From NCBI GenBank assembly GCA_023818895.1, contig JAMWCX010000002.1:30001-62000 (forward strand): 32,000 nt of DNA, in the 5' to 3' direction. The notes beneath the pieces were generated by a model. The model ran no database searches and was not told where the DNA came from. It saw only the letters and a list, made by a program, of their open reading frames with translations. Positions 25,499 to 32,000 of the stretch are shown in pieces. The number at the start of each line of letters is the position of its first letter. The stretch's first letter is position 1. Both the position numbers and the translations under genes were made by a program. Origin of the DNA: Candidatus Omnitrophota bacterium. Lineage in GTDB: Bacteria; Omnitrophota; Gorgyraeia; 2-01-FULL-45-10.

Positions 25499-26265
25499 AG
25501 GACCTCCTCAAGTTTGGACATATTCTGTGATGTCTTGACTATGGCATATTTGTAGAGCCTTCCTGGCTCCTTCCCAGTCTCCATCACCTCGCCGACCAAT
25601 ATGCCTTTCGGAAATGTTGTGCCTAACCCCGCCGTGATTACCCGATCGCCATTTTTTACGTCAGAATCGGGTGTTATATATACCATCTTACAGGTGCCAT
25701 CGGACCTACCAACAAGTATCCCGCCCTCGCGAGTGCGCTGTATCAAAACGCCCACCTTTGAGTTGGGATCGGTTACAAGCAGAACCTTCGCTGAGTACCT
25801 GCCTATCTCGAGAACCCTGCCGACAAGCCCTCTTGTCGACAACACGGCCTTGCCCTTCTGGACACCGTGCCTCGCGCCCTTATCTATTATTATGGAATTT
25901 GACCAATTTGTCGGATCCCTGCCTATGACTTGGGCGGCCACAGTTGAATATGGAACCTCTTTTCTAAAAGCAAGAAGGTCCTTCAGCCTGTTATTTTCCT
26001 CCGCTATGAATTTCGCCTCTTCTATCCGGCGGTTGAGAAGCTCTATCCTCTCTCTTAAAATCCTATTCTCTTCTCGCAAGGAAGCAAAAGGCAGCATCCT
26101 TCTTAAGGCTGATTTAAAGTCATTCAGCGCCCGAAGTGGCGCGGCGCTAATGTCCGAAAAAGCGGTCCTTATTGGATTGTATATGGTCCGTGAATTTATT
26201 AGAAGGAAGGCGAATAAAATCGCTAATAGGAGAGCTCTGAATATCTTATTCTTCTGGCTGCGCAC
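25486..26265 (-). CDS. mreC: rod shape-determining protein MreC
   Basis: 259 aa with an N-terminal TM and a coiled coil (ENRILRERIELLNRRIEEAKFIAEENNRLKDLL). Beta-barrel domain motifs follow (VIGRDPTNWSNSIIIDKG...GLVGRV...GDRVITAG...FPKGILVGEV). GTG start. Confidence 0.85.
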   Translation of the reverse strand: MRSQKNKIFRALLLAILFAFLLINSRTIYNPIRTAFSDISAAPLRALNDFKSALRRMLPFASLREENRILRERIELLNRRIEEAKFIAEENNRLKDLLAFRKEVPYSTVAAQVIGRDPTNWSNSIIIDKGARHGVQKGKAVLSTRGLVGRVLEIGRYSAKVLLVTDPNSKVGVLIQRTREGGILVGRSDGTCKMVYITPDSDVKNGDRVITAGLGTTFPKGILVGEVMETGKEPGRLYKYAIVKTSQNMSKLEEVLCIR

Positions 26266-26318
26266 ATTTACTTGGCCCGACCGGTCCCTTTAATCAAAAA
26301 AGGCGGGCGTTTGAAACG

Positions 26319-27392
26319 CTATCTCTCAAGACGCGGGGAAACGGTCACTTTCTTTAGATATTTTATCTCGCTAAGGACCTTTCCGGTGCCTAAAGCGACG
26401 GCAGTCATCGGATCCTCCGAAAGATGAACAGGAAGGCCGGTCTCTTCTGAAATAAGCTTGTCTATCCCCCTCAACATGGAACCACCGCCGGCAAGCACTA
26501 TGCCCTTTTCGATAAGGTCAGATGAGAGTTCAGGCGGGGTCCTTTCAAGCGTTATCCGGACAGCTTCCAATATCTGCGCTATCGGCTCAGCCATCGCCTC
26601 CCTGATCTCTTCGCTCGTTATAGTGATGGTCTTGGGAAGCCCCGCCACCAAATCGCGCCCCTTAACATCCATCTTGAGCTCTTCTTCGAGCGGATATACC
26701 GAGCCTATTTTGATCTTTATCTCTTCGGCGGTCCTCTCGCCTATCATAAGGTTATAATTTTTCTTTATGTAATTGATGATGGCTTCGTCCAGCTCATCAC
26801 CTCCGACCCTCACAGATTTGGAGAAGACCACTCCCGCAAGCGATATGACAGCCATCTCGGTCGTACCGCCGCCTATATCGATAATCATGTTGCCGGAAGG
26901 CTCCTGTATCGGCAACCCTACTCCTATAGCGGCGGCCATCGGCTCTTCTATCATAAAAACCTCCCTGGCGCCAGCATGGAGGGCGGAATCCTTCACCGCG
27001 CGTTTCTCGACTTCCGTTATCCCTGAAGGTATCGCTATGACTATGCGTGGCCTGACGAGCGGTTTGGATTTGTTGACCTTCTTGATAAAATAGCGAAGCA
27101 TCGCTTCCGAGATTTCAAAGTCGGTTATTACGCCATGCCTCATCGGGCGTATGGCCACGATGTTGCCGGGCGTTCTACCTAGCATCCTCTTGGCCTCTTC
27201 GCCTACGGCGAGTACATTGGTCGTTCCGGCCTGTACCGCGACTACGGAAGGCTCGCAAAGGACTATCCCTTGATTCTTAAGGTAAACGAGCGTGGTGGCT
27301 GTGCCGAGATCGATGCCCATGTCGTTGGAAAACATGCCAAGGGTATCATTGTACAGTTTGTTGCCGAAACTCCACATCTTCTTGATATTCAT
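26319..27392 (-). CDS. mreB: rod shape-determining actin homologue MreB
   Basis: 357 aa with [25 protein letters not shown] and [13 protein letters not shown] motifs. AGGAGAG RBS precedes ATG 27392. Confidence 0.95.
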   Translation of the reverse strand: MNIKKMWSFGNKLYNDTLGMFSNDMGIDLGTATTLVYLKNQGIVLCEPSVVAVQAGTTNVLAVGEEAKRMLGRTPGNIVAIRPMRHGVITDFEISEAMLRYFIKKVNKSKPLVRPRIVIAIPSGITEVEKRAVKDSALHAGAREVFMIEEPMAAAIGVGLPIQEPSGNMIIDIGGGTTEMAVISLAGVVFSKSVRVGGDELDEAIINYIKKNYNLMIGERTAEEIKIKIGSVYPLEEELKMDVKGRDLVAGLPKTITITSEEIREAMAEPIAQILEAVRITLERTPPELSSDLIEKGIVLAGGGSMLRGIDKLISEETGLPVHLSEDPMTAVALGTGKVLSEIKYLKKVTVSPRLER

Positions 27393-27410
27393 AAGCTCTC
27401 CTTGTCTTGC

Positions 27411-27440
27411 GATATTAACAAAAAAGAGTCATTATGTCAA
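27411..27440 (-). promoter_or_regulatory. candidate sigma70-like promoter for mreB
   Basis: Minus strand reads TTGACA (27440-27435), 18 nt, TAATAT (27416-27411). It sits in the 54-nt gap between the PAP2 gene and mreB. Confidence 0.35.
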
Positions 27441-27446
27441 ATATAA

Positions 27447-27968
27447 TTAGCCCGTATCAATGTGGTCAGCGAGCTTTACCAGACCCCATGCCCCACAAGC
27501 GCCGACTACCGCGCCAACAAGCACGTCAGATAAATAATGCGCGCCTACATAGACCCTCGAAAAACATATGATGCCTGCCAAGAAGAACCACGCGGCATTC
27601 CTACCAAAGAATCTTGATAAGATAACGGCGGCCAGGAATGCCCTTGCCGCATGGCCGGAAGGAAAAGAAGACGCCCTAGCGGACGCTTCAAGCAGCCTTA
27701 CATCGGAAAGAACAAGGCATGGCCTCGGTCTGCCAACAATATCCTTCAGGAAAAAAATCGTATAATACATAATGGTAAGGCCTGCGAGCACCAGTATGCC
27801 CGAACGCTTATTTTCTTTTTTGCAAAAAATTATTAGCAGAATGGCCAAGATAAATAGAGCCTCGCCTGAAGCCATCCAGCTTATAGGAGGCATAATGAAA
27901 TCGAAGAAAGGATTTGCGATCGTCTTGTTTATGAAATGAAAAAAAGCTGAGTCCATCCCAAATATCAT
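27447..27968 (-). CDS. PAP2-family lipid phosphatase (possibly undecaprenyl-diphosphate/phosphatidylglycerophosphate phosphatase)
   Basis: 173 aa membrane protein with the tripartite PAP2 motif: K...RPRP, SFPSGHA and SRVYVGAHYLSD. The substrate cannot be inferred from sequence. Confidence 0.8.
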   Translation of the reverse strand: MIFGMDSAFFHFINKTIANPFFDFIMPPISWMASGEALFILAILLIIFCKKENKRSGILVLAGLTIMYYTIFFLKDIVGRPRPCLVLSDVRLLEASARASSFPSGHAARAFLAAVILSRFFGRNAAWFFLAGIICFSRVYVGAHYLSDVLVGAVVGACGAWGLVKLADHIDTG

Positions 27969-29242
27969 TTGAGGCCTTCCATGACATCGAAAAATTCGGG
28001 AAAAGATTTACTGACACATGCCACGTCATCTATGGCGCTGGCCCCCTTTGCGGCGAGCGCGGCCACCGTCATCGCCATACATGTCCGGTGATCTCCAAAA
28101 CTTTTGAGGGGCGCGCCATCAAGATACCTTCTCCCCTCTATGACGAGTGAGCCCTTACAGACCGAGATCTTGGCCCCCATCGAAGAAAGGTTATCCTGCA
28201 TCGAACGTATCCTGTCAGTCTCTTTCACTCTCAACTCGGATGCTCCTCTCACAATCGTCCTGCCGCTTGATAAAGCCGCGAGCACAAATATCACAGGAAG
28301 CTCATCAATCAGGCGCGGAATCTCCTCCTCTTTTATAACAGTGCCCTTTGTGACAGCTGACGAGACCTCTATATCGGCAAAAGGCTCGAAGGCCTCAACC
28401 TTATTAATTATCTTTACGTTCGAGCCCATCCTCTGAAGCACATCTAGTATTCCAGCACGTGTTGGATTTATGCTAACCCTGTTTATCCTTATCTTGGAAC
28501 CCTTAATGAGGGTTGCGGCTACCATGAAGAAAGCGGCACTGGATATATCCCCAGGCACCTCCAACGCTTGGCCAAAAAGCCGCCTGCCGCCCCTCAGCGC
28601 TACCGTAAGGCCGTCATATTTGATATCAGCGCCGAAATATCTCATCATCCTTTCGGTATGGTCACGCGACTTAACCTTTTCCCTTACCTTGGTAATGCCG
28701 GTGGTGTATAGACCGGCAAATAGTATCGCCGATTTCACCTGAGCGCTAGCTACTTTCATTTTATAATCTATTGGTTTTAGCTTGCCGGCCTTTATGCGCA
28801 GAGGCGGGTAGCCGCCGCTCGCCGACCTTATCTTTGCCCCCATTAGGCCAAGAGGTTCGATAATCCTCTGCATAGGCCTCTTTGAAAGCGAAAGATCGCC
28901 CTCCAACACGGATTCAAATTTCTGACCCGCGAGTATACCGGCGAGAAGACGCATAGTCGTACCGGATTCTCCGACATAAATAGATCCGGCCGGTCTCTTA
29001 AGTCCGTTAAGGCCTGCGCCATGCATAACGGTGGAACCGCCCTCCTTAGCGATCCTTACACCCATCTCTCTGAAAGCATGTATCGTGTAATTGCAATCAT
29101 CGCAGTCGAGGACGCCTCTGGCGACGGTAGTACCGTCGGCTATGGCGCCGAGCATTATGGCGCGGTGCGAGATCGATTTGTCTCCAGGAAGGGTTATCGT
29201 GCCGGAGAGCTTCTTTGCAGGCCTGATAGTCTTTTTTGCCAT
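27965..29242 (-). CDS. aroA: 3-phosphoshikimate 1-carboxyvinyltransferase (EPSP synthase)
   Basis: 425 aa with LPGDKSISHRA, GESGTTMRLL and KETDRI motifs. Confidence 0.95.
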   Translation of the reverse strand: MAKKTIRPAKKLSGTITLPGDKSISHRAIMLGAIADGTTVARGVLDCDDCNYTIHAFREMGVRIAKEGGSTVMHGAGLNGLKRPAGSIYVGESGTTMRLLAGILAGQKFESVLEGDLSLSKRPMQRIIEPLGLMGAKIRSASGGYPPLRIKAGKLKPIDYKMKVASAQVKSAILFAGLYTTGITKVREKVKSRDHTERMMRYFGADIKYDGLTVALRGGRRLFGQALEVPGDISSAAFFMVAATLIKGSKIRINRVSINPTRAGILDVLQRMGSNVKIINKVEAFEPFADIEVSSAVTKGTVIKEEEIPRLIDELPVIFVLAALSSGRTIVRGASELRVKETDRIRSMQDNLSSMGAKISVCKGSLVIEGRRYLDGAPLKSFGDHRTCMAMTVAALAAKGASAIDDVACVSKSFPEFFDVMEGLK

Positions 29243-29255
29243 ATTAGTAATTATA

Positions 29256-30182
29256 TCACAGCCGTTTTTTCTTCTCTATCAATTCTTCCATGTCACGGGG
29301 CAGGCTGGAAGTAAACTCCATATATTTGGCTGTAGCAGGATGAACGAAGCCTAATGTCTTGGCGTGAAGCATTGGCCTTTTAAGGCCGTCCGAACCGCCG
29401 CCGTAGGTCGCGTCGCCAAGCACAGGATAACCAATATGCGCCATGTGAACCCTTACTTGATGGGTCCTACCGGTGCCGAGCACAATCTCTAGAAGAGTGG
29501 AATCCTTAAAGCGCTCCAACACATGATAGCGCGTAATGGCTCGGCGCGATTTTTCTCCCTCGAAATCTACAGCCATCTTTTTTCTATCGCGCCTGTCCCT
29601 TGCGAGCGGCGCCTCAATTATACCATTGTCGAATCTGACAACTCCCTTCACAAGGGCTACATACACCCTTTTGGCCGCCTTTGCCTTGAACTGCTTAGAG
29701 AGGTTTCGGTGCGACATATCAGACTTGGCAACCACCAAAAGGCCCGACGTGCCTTTATCCAGACGATGAACGATACCTGGTTTGACGACGCCGCCTATGC
29801 CTGAAAGGTTTCTGCAATGGGCAAGAAGGGCATTAACAAGTGTTCCGCTGTAATTGCCCGGGGCTGGGTGCACCACCATGTCGGCTGCCTTGTTCACCAC
29901 CAACAGATCAGCGTCCTCATACACGATGTCCAAAGGTATATTTTCAGCCATCACGTCGGATTCCGAGGGCGATGTTACAACAACCTCTATGCGCTCGCCT
30001 GCCTCTATGGTGTAATGATTCTTTCGGGAGCTGCCGTCGACAAGGACGTTTCCGTCTCTTATAAGCCTCTGGAGAAATGCGCGGGAAAAACGGTTCTGCA
30101 TTTTTTCCGCAAGGAATTTATCCAACCTTTTCCCAGCGTCCTCCTCGCCAACCTCTATGCTGAAGATATCCCTTTCTTCCAT
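29256..30182 (-). CDS. rluD: RluA/RluD-family 23S rRNA pseudouridine synthase with S4 domain
   Basis: 308 aa with an S4-like N-terminus (RLDKFLAE...SRAFLQRLIRDGNVLVDG) and a catalytic motif (HRLDKGTSGLLVVAK). It also has GRTHQVRVHMA. Confidence 0.85.
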   Translation of the reverse strand: MEERDIFSIEVGEEDAGKRLDKFLAEKMQNRFSRAFLQRLIRDGNVLVDGSSRKNHYTIEAGERIEVVVTSPSESDVMAENIPLDIVYEDADLLVVNKAADMVVHPAPGNYSGTLVNALLAHCRNLSGIGGVVKPGIVHRLDKGTSGLLVVAKSDMSHRNLSKQFKAKAAKRVYVALVKGVVRFDNGIIEAPLARDRRDRKKMAVDFEGEKSRRAITRYHVLERFKDSTLLEIVLGTGRTHQVRVHMAHIGYPVLGDATYGGGSDGLKRPMLHAKTLGFVHPATAKYMEFTSSLPRDMEELIEKKKRL

Positions 30183-30940
30183 CTTTCCAACATATATACG
30201 AAAAGCGCTGAGGCGACCATGAAAACCGATATGCTTATAAGTTGCGATAGCGTCAATCCCATCAGTATCTTAGGATTGTCACCGCGTAAAAATTCCATGA
30301 AAAATCTCTTATCAGCGTATAACATACAATACCCCAGAAAAATCTCTCCGTTAAAATGCTTTCGATCCTGCCAAAACCTGAGCAACGCGAATATAGCGAT
30401 GAGTAGAAAAGCCGAATATAGCTGCGCCGGAAAGCGCGATATCCCGTCCGGAGCAAGGACCGCGCCCAAAGGAAAATCTTGCCTGACCTCTACTCCGTAA
30501 CAGCACCCATTAAAAAAGCATCCCACTCTGCCGAAAGCTTGAGCAAGTGCCAGGTAAGGCGCGACAAGATCGGACATCGCCCAGAAATCAAGCCTTTTAA
30601 TCCTGACAAACAATAGCGAGGCCGTTAGGGCGAGGGCAAACCCTCCATACCAGACCAGCCCTCCTTTAGAAAGATTTACCACCTCAAGCGGCCTGGCTAC
30701 ATAGTATTCCAGGTTTAGCAAAACATACAAAATCCTTGCGCCGGCCACTCCTGTTATAAGAACTAAGATGGCATAATCTATAACCTTATCTCTGTCAAGT
30801 CCAAATGTCGGCGCACGATGCCAGATTAGACCTAACGAAACAGCGAAACCAAGCGCGACCATAACGCCATAGGAGTATACGCTGATGGGACCCAACTTAA
30901 ACAGGATAGGATGCATAGAAATAACCAGCCTTACCGCCAA
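30155..30940 (-). CDS. lgt: prolipoprotein diacylglyceryl transferase
   Basis: Polytopic protein with the N-terminus HPILFKLGPISVYSYG, then GARI, GRVGCFFNGCCYG and FPAQLYSAF motifs. The ORF-track start at 30940 is TTG, and an in-frame ATG at 30916 (MHPILF...) is an equally plausible start. The 3' end overlaps the rluD-like start by 28 nt. Confidence 0.9.
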   Translation of the reverse strand: MAVRLVISMHPILFKLGPISVYSYGVMVALGFAVSLGLIWHRAPTFGLDRDKVIDYAILVLITGVAGARILYVLLNLEYYVARPLEVVNLSKGGLVWYGGFALALTASLLFVRIKRLDFWAMSDLVAPYLALAQAFGRVGCFFNGCCYGVEVRQDFPLGAVLAPDGISRFPAQLYSAFLLIAIFALLRFWQDRKHFNGEIFLGYCMLYADKRFFMEFLRGDNPKILMGLTLSQLISISVFMVASALFVYMLERWKKGISSA

Positions 30941-30989
30941 ATCCCAATATCAAATCACGTATTAAACACAAATTTTTGATTTTGGCCTC

Positions 30990-31490
30990 TTATCTCGATA
31001 TCTGCTTTTTGATATTTGAACTTGTCCCGGATTTCGCTTTGACATTCGAAAAAATACTCAGGATAAGTATGGCCGCTCCGGCTGAGATCGCCGAATCTGC
31101 TATGTTGAATACCGGCCAGATGCGAAAATCAAGGAAATCTATTACATAACCGAACCTCACCCTATCGGCGAGATTGCCCATCGCACCACCGAGAATAAGG
31201 CCAAGAGCCGAGGCTACCGCGATAGTGACGGATCTAGACCTGTATACATATAAGATGATAAGCGCTATGGCTAGAATGGTCATAATAATAGAAAGGCCTG
31301 AGATATCTTTCAGGATACCAAAGGCGGCGCCCTTGTTAGTCACCAGTGTTAAATGAAAAAAATTGGGTATTACGCTGACAGATTTTGCCGCGGGAAGGTT
31401 GTGTGTTATGAAATACTTCGAGACGCGGTCAGCGGCAAAAATCAGAAATGAGATAAAATATATCCAGATTTGCGCCGAGCGGCGGTTCAT
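30990..31490 (-). CDS. lspA: lipoprotein signal peptidase (signal peptidase II)
   Basis: Motifs DRVSKY, NKGAAFG, GGAMGNLADRV and FNIADSAI. I prefer ATG 31490, which overlaps the upstream stop by 1 nt (TGATG). The ORF-track start at 31523 would overlap the upstream gene by 34 nt. Confidence 0.9.
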   Translation of the reverse strand: MNRRSAQIWIYFISFLIFAADRVSKYFITHNLPAAKSVSVIPNFFHLTLVTNKGAAFGILKDISGLSIIMTILAIALIILYVYRSRSVTIAVASALGLILGGAMGNLADRVRFGYVIDFLDFRIWPVFNIADSAISAGAAILILSIFSNVKAKSGTSSNIKKQISR

Positions 31491-31930
31491 CAGCCCTCTT
31501 TTTTCTTCTGGCAGTCTATGCACATTTCCGTGTACGGAAGCGCGCTAAGACGTTTCTTCGCTATCATCTTACCGCACTGCAGACATAAACCATAAGTGCC
31601 TTCCTCAATGCGCTTGATGGCCTCGTCGATAAGATAGAGCCTCTTCTGCTCGTCCGTCGCTCTCCCAAGAGAAAAATCTCTTTCATAGTCATCGCTCGCC
31701 ATATCGGCCATATGATAAGAATATCCGGAAAGGTCTCCCGACGCGTCTCGCTGCGATTTATTGAGCGTATTCTCAGCTATGTGGGATAGGTCGCCGCCCA
31801 CCTTCTCCCTCTCTCTAAGCAGTATCTCCTTGTATTTTTTAAGCTCGGTCTTTGACATCCTCTTAACGGGCGATTTCCTTGCGATATTCTGTTTCTTTTT
31901 AGCCGTTTTCTTCTTTTTTGCTTTCGTCAT
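31490..31930 (-). CDS. DksA/TraR-family C4 zinc-finger protein with lysine-rich N-terminal tail
   Basis: C-terminal CLQCG...CIDCQ four-Cys finger preceded by YHMADMASDDYERDFSLG...IDEAIKRIEEGTYG, typical of the short DksA/TraR family. I prefer ATG 31930 (AGGAGAGG RBS), which overlaps the ileS stop as TAATG. The N-terminus is MTKAKKKKTAKKKQNIARKSPVKR. Confidence 0.8.
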   Translation of the reverse strand: MTKAKKKKTAKKKQNIARKSPVKRMSKTELKKYKEILLREREKVGGDLSHIAENTLNKSQRDASGDLSGYSYHMADMASDDYERDFSLGRATDEQKRLYLIDEAIKRIEEGTYGLCLQCGKMIAKKRLSALPYTEMCIDCQKKKEG

Positions 31931-32000
31931 TATCTTTCCTCTCCTTTTAAAACAGCCTTTACGCATCTTTCGCACAGAGTTGGATGAACCTTATCGGAGC
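31930..32000 (-). CDS. ileS: isoleucine--tRNA ligase, extreme C-terminal fragment (gene continues beyond the window)
   Basis: The minus-strand frame reads ...SDKVHPTLCERCVKAVLKGEER*. The P-x-L-C-x-R-C context matches the last Cys pair of the IleS C-terminal zinc domain, and ileS-lspA linkage is widely conserved. Only 22 codons are visible. Confidence 0.45.
   Translation of the reverse strand, partial: SDKVHPTLCERCVKAVLKGEER

Noticed and set aside
25601-26293. 230-aa plus-strand ORF
   Set aside because: It is antisense to mreC and has an S/P/L-rich composition typical of a reverse-frame artefact. The mreC frame has clear family features.
26295-26319. Short hairpin (GCGTT-TGA-AACGC) followed by a U-run between mreB and mreC
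   Set aside because: The stem is only 5 bp and is separated from the U-run by 5 nt. It may be a weak attenuator of the kind seen between mreB and mreC elsewhere, but the sequence evidence is too thin to list as a feature.
29817-30500. 227-aa plus-strand ORF
   Set aside because: It is antisense to the rluD-like/lgt junction, and both minus-strand genes are well supported.
1-32000. Scan for CRISPR arrays, tRNA/rRNA genes, IS elements, integrases or long direct repeats
   Set aside because: No intergenic space exceeds about 180 bp. No repeat-spacer periodicity, cloverleaf-capable GC-rich segments, transposase/integrase-like ORFs or terminal inverted repeats were seen.

Overview
This 32-kb window appears to come from a diderm (Gram-negative-type) bacterium whose lineage I cannot determine. 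Every credible gene is on the minus strand: 29 complete CDS plus a 3' fragment of ileS. Genes are tightly packed, often with 1-4 nt start/stop overlaps. No intergenic gap exceeds about 180 bp, and I see no rRNA, tRNA, CRISPR array or IS element. The right-hand part (14.7-32 kb) is a conserved housekeeping block: ileS'-DksA/TraR zinc finger-lspA-lgt-rluD-like-aroA-PAP2 phosphatase-mreBCD-mrdA-rodA-queA-tgt-yajC-secDF-CDF transporter-recJ. The left-hand part (0-14.6 kb) is accessory. It holds a standalone secreted mini YD-repeat protein and a roughly 10-kb run of seven genes. That run has a consensus-like promoter and a strong terminator at its upstream end and a strong terminator-type hairpin at its downstream end. 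The seven genes are a TPR + ~14-strand beta-barrel outer-membrane protein (Slam/type-11-secretion-like architecture), a 953-aa secreted protein with tandem FecR domains, an AmmeMemoRadiSam-type radical SAM enzyme with an N-terminal signal-anchor and no AMMECR1/Memo partners, a DsbD/CcdA-like membrane protein, a polytopic-membrane/spermidine-synthase-like fusion lacking key aminopropyltransferase residues, an S4-pseudouridine synthase and an orphan CheY receiver. After it come a PilZ gene and a MarR-TolC-adaptor efflux operon. The best candidate for an undescribed system is this outer-membrane barrel / giant FecR protein / exported-looking radical SAM / membrane redox module. All functional calls rest on motif recognition by eye in the supplied translations; no database search was possible.
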